A stretch of 64,000 bases of DNA from Bugula neritina (taxonomy: Eukaryota > Animalia > Bryozoa): the NCBI GenBank assembly GCA_964035545.1, contig OZ037765.1:23373504-23437503 (forward strand). Reading direction: 5' to 3'. Positions 1-12,011 of this stretch are shown here, in pieces; position 1 is the first letter of the stretch, and every line of letters begins with the position of its first letter. Both the position numbers and the translations under genes were made by a program. Under the pieces are notes generated by a model. The model was given only the letters and a program-made list of their open reading frames with translations. It was not told the origin of the DNA and ran no database searches.

Positions 1-124
1 ATCATTTTCTTATGAAAAGTAATTTTTCATCAAACAAAATAAACAGTAACTTACTTTGTGAAAAGACTCATATACAGGCCATCCCAGTGAGAACCCAAGG
101 ACTTTTTTCAACTATTTTGGCATT

Positions 125-225
125 AAGGAGCCTTTCCTAACATCACTCCTAGCCTTCACTGGGAGTTGCACCACTGGACTAATGTTACTTAGCCAGTCCT
201 CTAACCTCTAAACCACAGCTGCTCT
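125..225 (-). mobile_element. Degenerate tRNA-derived SINE-like fragment
   Basis: The minus strand reads GCAGCTGTGGTTTAGAGGTTAGAGGACTGG...AGTGGTGCAACTCCCA, an A-box-like and a B-box-like Pol III motif at tRNA spacing. A non-tRNA body follows (GGAGTGATGTTAGGAAAGGCTCC). No intact cloverleaf is seen. Confidence 0.4.
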
Positions 226-335
226 CTACAATTTGTATATATATTTAAATATTTTTTGCTTTAAATTTTTTAATTAATTTGTATAAATGACATGTTAGCT
301 GCCAAAAGGCATTTCTCACTTTCAATGTGTTGTAG

Positions 336-1309
336 GTGTTTCAAAGAAGATTGAATGGTTCAGTTGATTTCTACAAAAGGTGGGACCACTACGAACAAGG
401 ATTTGGTATTCTGAGTTGAGAGTTTTGGCAACAATGTGTTGAGGGTTGACCTTGAAAGTTTTAGTGCATGGTGAAACAAGCTATGCTAAGTTCAGCAGCT
501 TCAATGTTGGTGATGAATCAACAAAATATTATTTTCTTGGTGTCTGGCTATACTGGGTTAGCAGGTTGGCATCTATTAAAAGTATAAATCTTGCCAATAA
601 CTGCTACCAACTCAACAAATGTGTCCAATAGTTGCTGATTATATTCAAACTAATGCAATATCTCATAATTTTCTAGTAATGCCCATTAATGCTTCAAATT
701 AACTTTGCAAGTTTTTGGTTATGAATTTCCAAAATTCAGTTAAAAAAAATTTTCTTGTTCTATAGCCAATGATTTGAAAAATTTATAACAATCCATTAAG
801 TGACATACACTATCAGATCAGGGGTGCCACCAATCTATCTTCCTATATTAATCCAATTCTTTTACAAAATTCTTTTGAAATCTGCCTAATATTAGTGTAT
901 ATTATAGAGCAGGTGAAGTTTATTTTCAGTCTATTGACTATAAGATTTTTGTTGTATGGCTAACTAAATATTTGGCCAACATTTTGGGTCTATAAGCCCT
1001 CAAGATATATTTTGTGGTTCCAGTTGATAATATAAAACATCGATTTTTTCTGGAGACAGCCTTCTATGTAACAATGGATGTAAATTTTCCACAAGAGATC
1101 ATGACAACGATGTTGACAATGAACACTGTGCAATTGAATTTGATGGTGCTTGGTGGTATAGAGCTTGCCATAGTTCTAACTTGAATGGCAAGTACTTGAA
1201 TGGTACTCGCAGCTTCTTTGCTGATGGTGTGGAATGGGAGGCCTGGAAGGGATACTATGATTCTCTGAAGACAACAGAAATGAAGTTCCAAGAAAGTTTT
1301 CAAAGTTGA
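336..1309 (+). pseudogene. Fibrinogen C-terminal domain (FReD; ficolin/tenascin/MFAP4-like) pseudogene, last two exons
   Basis: Exon 336-564 reads [30 protein letters not shown] / NNVLRVDLESF / GETSYAKFSSFNVGDESTKY / LVSGYTGLAG. It has an in-frame TGA at 417-419, a deletion after EFW and frameshifts. Exon 1053-1309 reads GDSLLCNNGCKFSTRDHDND...CAIEFDGAWWYRACHSSNLNGKY...GVEWEAWKGYYDSLKTTEMK and is preceded by TTTTTTCTG instead of TTTTTTCAG. Confidence 0.85.
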
Positions 1310-2475
1310 GGCTTTTACAAGTGCAAATTGTGAAATTCAGTACACATACTTTAATTGGGTAATTTTTTGAAAAAGTCAAACACCAAAGTTTTGTTCATGT
1401 TTTACGTTTGAGTGAGCTGCTACAATATTAGACAAGAAACTTGACAGACATGCAATCTATTACGTAATGTAACAATGTCTGAGAAATAAATCAAAAGAGA
1501 GTGTTACTAATTAAGCAACTCTTGGTGTGAAAGAAGTGAAGCTATTAAATTTGCTTGCTAATAATTTTGCATTCTTGATTTTTGTAGCATAGTTATCTTA
1601 TAAATCTTGTACATGTTCTTTTGTATACATTATGGTTACACTTTTTACAAGCACATCTGGTTAAGCACTTGAGGTTTTACAGCCATGTTGTAACATATAT
1701 ATACGAATCTAAGCGTTACATCAATTCAAACATTTTGTGTGGTGTTTTAGAGAGTCCCTTACATATTTCATAATTGACATTTTCAAAAGTTAACTTTTCA
1801 GTGGAAGTTCAAAGTTTTGCTATAGTGACTTGATATTCCTAAAACACAAATAATGATTTTAGATGGCTGATGTCTTATCAAATTCTTTTTTTGGTTTCTA
1901 AAATTTAACTTTTTGTAAATACCATTGACTTAAATCAATTTTCCTGGCTTATTATTGCTTTTTTCACAATTTTATGAGAAACCTATTTAGGATATGCATC
2001 AAATTTTGAATAATCCAACTTGGCTTTTATAGCAAATTCATATAATTTGAAAATTTTCTAGCTTAATATTCATGATGAATGGTGCAGTACATTGGTGAAT
2101 AAAATACAGTTTGCACTCACTACTCAGTAGTCAGTATAGCATTAACACTTTTGTATACTAGTAATGAAATTCTCATTCCATTGAGTTATATTTTCAAGTA
2201 TCTCAACTGATAGTAAGATGAAAGCTAAAGCAGGCACTGCCTATAATTTCAACAATGAATTGAATACAGTTATATTAATTATTGATAATTTTATTTATGA
2301 TGAAGTTACAATGAAAAACTAATATTTTACATCCTTATAGGGAACTTAAAATCTGACGAACTGAATATGTAGAAACAATCTAAAAGCATTAAGCTGTTGT
2401 TGACAGCAATAACACAATGCAGAGCATCTTTTAGTCTATGAAGCATATTCGATTTTAAAAATGTCAGAGAAAGAG

Positions 2476-4849
2476 TTAATGACTTTCACCAGCTTTTCCA
2501 GCTACTCTCTTAAAGTCGTTCATGTTGGTAGTGCTAACAGGTGTTCCTATGAAAGCTAAATGATCAATTTGGGTGGTCTCTTCTCCCCCTTGGTTGTCCT
2601 TCACAAACATGGTTACAGACTGAACGCTCTGAAACTTGACATACTTCAGATTGATCACACTGCCCTCCTTCATATCTTCTTCCGTCAAGGTGAGCTCCTG
2701 GACAGCTACCATACTTTCTGCAGAATCAAAGTCTGGAGCATTTGGCAGATTCAGGAAAAGCCTTACAGTCTTTGGAGCCTTTGGACCATCAGCAAGTATT
2801 CGTAGTGAATGCAGCTTCATCTGCTGGTTGAATGCAACAGTAATAATAAGTTGCTCATCTACATCTGACTCCAGAAACCCACCACCAGTTCCCCAAGCAT
2901 GTTCTAGTTTATGATCATCAGATTCATTAAGGCACTCTGATCCTGTTGCATCCATAAAGGAGTGCAGGTTCATCTGCCCTTTGGGTAGTGACTGACTGGC
3001 ACCATCACCAGCTTCATCAGCACCTGAAGATCCAGCTTCCGGCACAACAGTACTAGCCCACTTTCTTACCATGGCTGTAAGAGCTTCTGGGTTTGCACCT
3101 GAGTGAATAATTGAATAAGTTATTTGTATAATTTATCAGGATGGTTAATTACAGGAATAGTACTTGAATGTTGCTTGTTCGTAAAATGAGTCTAAAAATA
3201 TTGCAAGCAAGAGCAGTGTAACAGACATAATAGAGCATCATACAAAAAGGGAAGATAACTCTGAAAAGCTAGAATCTGAGTATAAAGACTATTTGGCATA
3301 AAGCTGGCCACCATAATAATATCTACACAGCCCAACTTTTAAGATATGATTGCCCAACTACAATATACTTGTGACAGACTATAAGAGAACTAGTGAATAT
3401 AATAAGTTGTAATCTACAATTTATCTCAATCAGATACAAAATGTATACATACAAAACAAGAAATGATCAAATGGTGGCAAAATGCCTCAGATAGGTAGAC
3501 ATTAAAGATATTTCAGGAAACAAATAAGATGAGAACAGTGCACTCTGCCAAAATACTAACACCATAAATTAATTGACTAAAACACAGTCAGGTTACTATA
3601 TCTCAGAAAAATCTTAGCATATGTACTGATAGAGCATATCAATATTGAGTAAAATACTCAGCCAGCAAGTTGCTGGCCCAGACTAAGCTAAGGAATTATG
3701 TCTAAAGTAAATCATAATTTCAAAAAACAGGATGCACAGTGGTTATTAGTCTAGACTCTAGACCAAAAGCAAAGCAAGACATCATAAAAACAAAAAGTCA
3801 GCTTTACAATATGTGAAGTATTACCTATTGTATATATTACTAGGCTAAGCATCAAAACGGTGGTTGTAGTAATTTGGATTATAATTTTGGAAGATTCTGA
3901 AAAAACTCAATGAATAGAAATTGGCACTATTAAATATTCTAGAAAAAGGTAGATCACCAATATTTTCAGCTTGCTATTTGGTTAGATGACAACAAAGTTT
4001 TCATTATAAGTTTCAATAATTGTTACTGGTTCAGTGTCACCGGCTGTGCTGAAAAAAACCTGTCAGACCTGATAGAAATTAGATAATGAACAAATCAATA
4101 CTAAGAATATTAACAAGAGAAAGAAACTCCCAATAACATTTGCTACATGTTAACGGTTACAATATGAATATTAGCTACATGGTTACTTTATATACTTATA
4201 ATATTTACTCTATAACATATATTTAATTTTATACTATTTTATTAATATTAGTATTACAACTACTATTGTCTATTAGTATCACTATTAATTATTATTTATT
4301 AGACTTAGTACTAATCACTATTACTATTAGTACTACCACTAGTATTAATATTATTATTAGTTTTATTTCAATTGGTATTGTCAATCATTACTGATTAACT
4401 TTAAGGTTGCCATTACAAATAATCAATTTACCTAAACTTGAACTCAAAGGTTAATAAACAGTCAAAAACTAAGATATTTGAAAGTTACTACTTACTAACA
4501 GTAACAGTAAGACTTAGACTAAGTCAAAGTGTAACAGTAACACTGGTTTAAATTTCAATTTGTGCCCACCTCTTATCTCATCTTGCTTTAAACGATTCTT
4601 GAAACACATAAACGTTGGCATCGCCGTCACAGTGTATCCTTGAGCAGTATCTTCTAATTTATCAACATCAACTTTCAAAAAGACTGCTTGACTAGAATAC
4701 TGATTGCTCAGCTGCTCAAACACAGGGGCTATGACTCTACATGGACCACACCATGTAGCAAAAAAGTCTACAAATACAGGCTTTGATGGACCAGCTTGCT
4801 GCAGCTTTTCAAGAAATTCTCTATCCTCTTCTAATTCTATGACTACCAT
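2476..4849 (-). CDS. TXNL1: Thioredoxin-like protein 1 (thioredoxin + PITH domain), 2 exons: 4849-4570, 3098-2476
   Basis: N-terminal thioredoxin with WCGPC. C-terminal PITH domain (ECLNESDDH, LESDVDEQLII, YVKFQSVQSVTMFVKDNQ, TNMNDFKRVAGKAGESH). A phase-1 GT-AG intron joins EIRG/ANPEAL in frame. Confidence 0.95.
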
Positions 4850-7800
4850 GTTGAACTGTATGTGAATCGATATAACTTTAAATTAAAATTTAAACTACAA
4901 CTTGAAGTTCGTGTTGATACTGGTAATGAACTGATACTGAAGAGTCAGAGTGAGACTGTTCACTTTCAGTATTCTTGTTATACGATAACGTTCTATTGAT
5001 TTTGGTTAGGTAGGTAAACTATTACAAACACGATATTTGAATTAATGTCCCTTTGGCTACAACTACAAGAGCTTACAAGTTACAGGGCTTTATCAATTTC
5101 GATTATTCATATTGAATGAATCAACAAAAAAGAAAAACTGTATCTCTAAAGTTTTAAAACGTCAAAGGGCCTGAGAGTTATTTGTTTAAATGCCGTCGTA
5201 CTCGTTGTACCACCCTACCTTCCACAACTAAAATTATGGAACTGATAATAATGTTTCCTACCCACAATTCTAGTTTCTTTATGCAAATTAATAGAGTTAT
5301 CTACCTACGTTAAATAAAATAGTTGAGAAAACAACTTCAATACCGGGCAAGTCAAAACTATTAGTTGTTGAAAGGAATAATAAAATTCTATAAACTATAT
5401 ATATTTTATTGTATTAGTTTTAAGTAATAATATACTTATAATAGCCATTATATCATTCATCTTCGCACTACTATTAAATTTCAATTAAGATAACAACAAA
5501 GTTCTGCTAACACTCATAGCTCTTACAAGTAGTGTTGTTTCAAGTATTAAAATCTGATATCAGTTAGGAAGCAACTAATAAGTTTTGTGATGGGAATGAT
5601 ATTTTGACCAAATGTTGTCATAAAATTAAAAAACCACAGCCGTGAGCTAAAATCAGTTTATGGGCAATATTTGGTTTGACAGATTTCTACAACTCTTACA
5701 CCCAAGTAATTTGTTTAGAGCTCTTTTCTAGCAAGGATCTCACTATTCCCTCTAATTATGATGACTAATACAAATCTTATGTCATATGATATTTATATTC
5801 GAAAAAGAGCTCAAATCAGAAGCTGACTTATTGTAAGTGCTTTTCAAGTAGCAGTCAATAAAGGTTCCTCTCAGCATATTCAAATAAAACTTACAGTTCA
5901 GTATTTATGATATTGCTGTCTCTTTAGTATATATATAAACAGTTTTCCTCAGCTACTATAAATAATGAGAAAACATTTGCTCATGCTGATGATGTAGTCA
6001 CTCTTATTAAACTTTCAAGAGCTACAGAAGTAACTTCATAAGGTAATTAACTGAGTGAAAACTTGACAATTTAAATTTATAATTTCAGCAAATTTGCTCT
6101 TCAGTAGCTATAATATATTTGTCCTGCTACTAATTACATCAGACCTATAATTATAGAAATACTTCCCTGGCAAAAAATGAATCATTTAAACTTACCTTTG
6201 TGGTGGTTTTCTAACTATTTAATTAAACTATGTTTTAAACAAAGCTAAAACCATTCTATATTATACAAGCTTAATTACACCAATTCTCACAAGAAAGTTA
6301 TATTTACGTATTTCACCAGCTTTTTAAAGTGAATTTAGAGTCTTGGATCATATAACATTTTTATTATTGGTTTTGAGGATGCACATAAACTGAAGAGCTT
6401 TTATGTGAATATATATGTGTTGTTTAAAACAAATTACAATAGCAAAAACTATGATGTATAGTGAAACTAAATAAAAGCAGTTTCTAGCATCAACAAGAAA
6501 TTCTTCAAAGATTGTACTATGCATGCAAAATTTTATAATCTTGCTGGGTTTAATATCAAGCAATGTAAGCTCAAAATTATTAGCCTAGAGCCCATTTTAC
6601 CAAGCCATGCATAGTTGGAAAATGTGTACCTTAATATTATATTCATTGATCAAGCTGTTGATAATTATTATTTACCAGAGTTAGTATAAGAGTTTTAACA
6701 GCACATGTATGATTTATCAGTATGTGTTTTATATAAAAGTGGTTGTTGCTAAGCATGTGTACCTACTCTGTGTTAGTATTATATTATGCTCATAACGAAT
6801 ATATTTTGTTAGTTTTAAAAAGTTGAAAAAATAAATAGTTGCGTTGTGTTATTATTGTTTCATCGCATGCATCACATTTTCTTTCATTGAGGTATCACCA
6901 GGCTTCTGCAATACTTATAGTTATAAAAAACACTCATATCTTTATCAAACTTTTTAAAAAAATTTAAAATAATTACTGTAACTTCATATAATTCATATTC
7001 AGTATAATATATTTTATTAATTTAGATTTATACCTATTATAAATAGAGCAAAGGTATGGAGTAACAAAAGTAGAAGTATGCACTATGTTTCTAAAACTCC
7101 AGTAACAAAAATTAACAGCTAGCCCAGGTGTTTGCAAAATAAACACTGTTTAAAGAAGAATCATGTGCTAATAACTGTTCATTGCAAAAGCTACCAATGA
7201 CCAATCATAATTTAAATTTCGTTAAGGTATAACAATCTTAAAATTTTGTTTTGGTTCCCAAGGTTGCTAATTTAGTTTTTGCTTGCTTTTATTTAGTCTA
7301 GCAAATCGAAATTCATCCGATCACCATAAGTTATTAAGTTAAGTGTATCAAATTTATTAAAGTTTTTAATTTAAAAGCCATGATTATGAAACAATAATTC
7401 TAAATTTTTCTTGATGTGTCTACGGATCTCCTGAGGTCCCAATATTTACTTGTAAAGTATGGATCGTAGATCATCTGCATTTTTATTGGCATAAAAACAA
7501 TATAATCTATGTTCATAGGTGATAATCACACTACAGCCACCTAACAAGTGACATACTTGTAAATTATATCAATATAAGTGGCACACAATTACAGCCTCAC
7601 ATCATAATTGCTTAAGATTGATGACCAGCAGGTGCATCATAAGTACAGACAATTCAATTTCATTGTTGATTGTAATAACATTGAAGGCAATTTGATATTA
7701 CATAATATTGATTGTATAATACTTAATCTTACCCTTAGAAGTTCTTTATAGTGCAGCTGGCAACTATCTGTTTATTATAGCTGCTAATCTCTGTGATCAA

Positions 7801-8371
7801 TTGTGTCGTTGAATTTACATCCAAACAACACTTATAGGGTTTAATAGAGCTACAGGTGCATGCTTCTGTATGAATGATGGTAGAAAGAAAATGATAATTT
7901 TGCTTATAGAAACTGGATGCTACCATAAGTGCAATAATTCCCCCCTCTCCCCCTAAAAATAAATAAAACTATGTAGCTTATAAAAGTAGGTACTTTTATT
8001 GCGATGAAAGATTGCGAACTAAATAATATAACTAAAAATAAACTTCGCATCTCACAGAGCATGAACACACACATTATATAATAAGAAAATAAATAAAAAA
8101 AAAATATTTGCATGCTATATAATAATAGTAAATAGGCAAGTTCAAGCGCATAAAACCAATTTTGAATTAGTTGTATATTATTCTATTGTATCATACTAAA
8201 CTGAAACTTGTGTGTCTATTTGTTTATGGTTACAGTAAATAAATGCTCAATCAATAATTAAGATAAATGTAAACTGCACATGCATGTAAACAAATTAATT
8301 AAATTAGTTTTACAATTCGATAAAAAGGGATGCATATTATAGTAGGTTGAGTATTTTGAGTAAAAAAATTT

Positions 8372-11300
8372 TCACTTGACATTTGTTGCTTTCAAACACT
8401 TTTTTGATGATCTGAGATGCTTAACTCTTTTCCCGCTACGACTTGATTGATCATGATCTTCTTTGCTTTGTTGATGCCGAATAGACAAATCTTTTGCTTC
8501 AAGTATTGGCGATGTCTTGGCAATATCGTTAGAATTATCTTTGTACGCGCCATTGCCAAAATTTTGAAGTGAATCTCCTGCTTCACCACCAATCGCTTTA
8601 CGTATTCCATTAGTTATTGTAGCATTCTCATTTTTAGATAAATCTATGAATTTAGCATTGCCAGCTACATCTTCTACTTTGACATTTGCAGGTGGCACAG
8701 TAACTCTACCAGTAGAGCGGCTGTTGTTTGTTTGGTAGGTGCTATAATCTCCACAGTTGGGCTGACTCATTTCTGAAGAACCTCTGTGAGAATTTTGACT
8801 AAGATCTGCTGGAGATGGAAATTCATTGCTTTGCAGTGAAATAATTGGAAATGAGGCTGGTGGTTCTCCTTGAATTGGTAACTCAAGTTGTTCATGAAAT
8901 ACCTATATAAGAGCATAATAATACCATACAGAAGATAATGAATTATTAATCTGTGAAATATAGGAAAATAAGTGAAACTACTTGTGTCCGTTTTAACTTT
9001 ACCTAATGATTTAATAAATGTATCTGATATTTATAATTCTTATTTTAATAATCACAAACTGTGATAACAAATACCAATTAGCAATGGTTATATGAGTCAT
9101 AATCTAAAACTTGATTATACAGTAAGTTAGCAATCTAATTTATTATTATGAAGAATATAAATCACCAATTATGTAGTGTTGACATTTTTGGGCTATTCAA
9201 CTGAAGATTTAAAGTGAATATAAAACTATAAAAACGTTCCATAAATTTATTTGGTCTACAATTAGTTTGCATACAAAATAATAATAATGTGCTGATGATA
9301 TTTTTAGTTTTTCACCCTATAACCAATTCATATAAACAAATGAAAAAAGAATAAAAGAAGTCTTACATCAGTTGCAGAGCCTTTGACAGTAGAAGCATAC
9401 ACTGATTCACAAGACCCTGTTGACGATGTTCTGAGCTCACTGCTTGACGCTTGTGTACCATTAGTAGGAGATGTTTGGTCGGTTTCTTCATCGCCTGAAA
9501 AATTGCCACACTCGAAAGGTTATTTTTATTATTAAATGAAAATTACACTATAGGTAGCAACAACCCAGTTAGTAGGCCAACACTATGTTCCCATGCTTCA
9601 AATAAACATTCTATTTAACAAAGCATGACCACGTAGTGTGAGAAACAATTGTTTATACCTGTTATTTTAAAAAGGAAACTAAGATCATAATTAAATTGTG
9701 TCTGTGGATATACATGTTAGCCTATATACATTTATGATTCATCAATGTGAGGCAATTTTCAATTATTCTTGAGTAACTTGAATTAAGAAACAAGAAACTA
9801 ATCGCTATGTGCATGTTCATATTTGTGAACTATGTTTTGTGAATAGCAAAATAATTTAAAAACTTGTGAAGAAAGTCACCTTTGATTCACAACTTCAAAA
9901 TTCCAGAATCATTTACAACTTTTTATCAAAAATGCAGAAAGAAAAAAAAGCTGGACATAGTATCATAAAGGATTGGTGCTAAAAATTGGGCATACTACTT
10001 TAATATATTATATATGGGTTGACATGTGAAGACAACCTTCTTGACTCCATGATGGATAGAAGAACGGTGAGTCAATTTTTTCTCCATTGGTAGGTAGGGC
10101 CCAGGAGGTAGGAGATGTCAAAGCAACTGAAGTTGGCATTGGAGAATAAGCTGGCAATATCCTGTAAGGATGAAAGCCATAGACATGAGCTGGTATGGCA
10201 GTGGTATTAGTTGGTGCCAATTGTTCAGCTACAAAATATAAACATGCAATTGATTTTTATTGTGCATGTGATTTAAATAAGCCGAATATTTTAGTTGAAC
10301 AAATTGTGACTTAAAATTTTAAAAAGTAGGAATAAAAAGTCCAAGCAGAAGAAAAAAAAATTATCTTATAACTGACAAACTATTTGACCAACAGCTTCAT
10401 AAATTAGTTTTTTGATAGCTTAATTCTGAGTGTAAAAGGACCTTGTGTGGTAACTGGTATTAAATGTAAAGCAAGTTGTAAGGCTATAAATCAACTTTCC
10501 CAAGCAATCTAGGTGCAATGGAATGAAATTTCGTGATAAACTTGTTGAGCAATTCTACGTGGTTTTAAGTCATAATCTTATAACTATATCACCTAAAATA
10601 TCATGTCTAGTTTAGTGCATCAAGCGATATTTTTAGTTTCATTGAATTTTTGACAGCACACGCCCTGCATTTAAACTGAAAAGGTACGTCGACTCAACAG
10701 ATGCCTTTAGTATTATGCTTGTAAGGGTAGCATATATAATGCATTTGAGTAAAGTCAGCCAGGCATTCTACTAGATGTATTATAATATAGATGTCCAATA
10801 AAACTAATACATTATATTAAATCTAATTTTTAATTTAAAAACCTGTTTAACAAAAGCTACTAAGAGTTAGTATTTCAATGATAACTAAGGCAAAGGTTGT
10901 TTATAATAACACACTAGTTTATACAGTCTAAGTTAACTAAAATGTTGTATTGAGCTAGAAATTTTGTGTCATCAGTGTAAAAAATTCTTTGATTTGTGAT
11001 TACCATACCATGATGATGGTGGTGGTGGTGATGGAAATGACGTGCATCGGATTGATTATGCTGTATTGTACCAATTGCTTGTTCAATTTCAGGCGAGGAT
11101 CTAGTGTTAATTTCTGGTTCAAATTGCTCAAAACCTTCACTATGCTCATGATTGTGTGCTATTACCGGAGCATACATTTTAGTTCCAGGGGCCGAGTTTT
11201 GATGATGAAAATGGCCATCCCCTCTAAAAAAGGGTAGGTATGGATGATGAGTGCCAGCTTTCATAGCTTTTCTTTTAGTTTTTACACCATTGAGTAATTC

Positions 11301-12011
11301 TGGTCGATCTTTCTTCATATGGCTATGACTGAACTCAAAGAATCCGTTATCTCGGATGCTCCATGAAAATCCATACTCTCTAAGAAGCCGGCGAAGATTT
11401 GCAAATGAATTAATTTGCACAAAACCAGGATATTTAGTCATTATACCATCTTCGTATTTTTTATCATCTACAACTATTGTATCGCCATTTTCTCCCCAAT
11501 ATAGCATATCATTAGTGTCATTTACAACTGCCCAAAACTTTTCTGGAAAACGAAGCAAGGTGTCAACTCTCAAATTTACTTTTCCATACGGAACAGGTTG
11601 TATCCAAGCTTTGCTTTGATTTGGAGAATTCTGTGCATGCCTAGAACTTCTTCTTCTAGGCTTAACAGGTTGCCCTATTGCCACTTGAATTGACTTTCTT
11701 TTTGTTCTTATGTCAAAAATTTGATTACGCTCACCCTTTTGAAATGAAGGATGAGAAAATTGAAATTCTCCAGTATCATTGTTTTGCCAATCAAAACTAT
11801 ACTCCCTGAGTAACCGTCGTAAATTTGCAAAGCTCGAAATCTGAACAAAGCCTGGATACTTTTCCATAATTTCTTGCTCATATTTATTGTCATCGACGAA
11901 AAATGATCGCCCATCTGAACTCCATCGAAATATGTCGCAATCATTATCGTTTACAACATCCCAAAGTTTGACTGGAAAGTGAGTGACATGCTCAAAATCG
12001 CGGTCTGTCAT
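8372..12011 (-). CDS. HSF-like transcription factor with two tandem HSF DNA-binding domains, about 617 aa. Exons 12011-11009, 10228-10037, 9494-9367, 8902-8372
   Basis: Two repeats of F-P-x-K-L/F-W-x-V-V-N-D...W...G..F/I.V.D...YPGFVQI.SFANLRRLLREY.F.W.....F.FSH......R......TKRK match the HSF winged-helix layout. Four GT-AG exons (1003+192+128+531 nt) join in frame. The start is assigned to the ATG at 12011; the ORF-track extension to 12170 looks non-coding. Confidence 0.85.

Noticed and set aside
417-419. In-frame TGA as possible selenocysteine or readthrough
   Set aside because: The position is normally Gly, and the exon carries additional frameshifts and a deletion, so pseudogenisation is simpler.
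2560-2914. Plus-strand ORFs over TXNL1, and similar antisense or intronic short ORFs throughout the track
   Set aside because: These are shadow ORFs of real exons or AT-rich intron noise, with no motifs or splice support.
4850-8371. Possible gene between TXNL1 and the HSF-like gene
   Set aside because: Only short low-complexity ORFs are present and no coherent exon chain was found.
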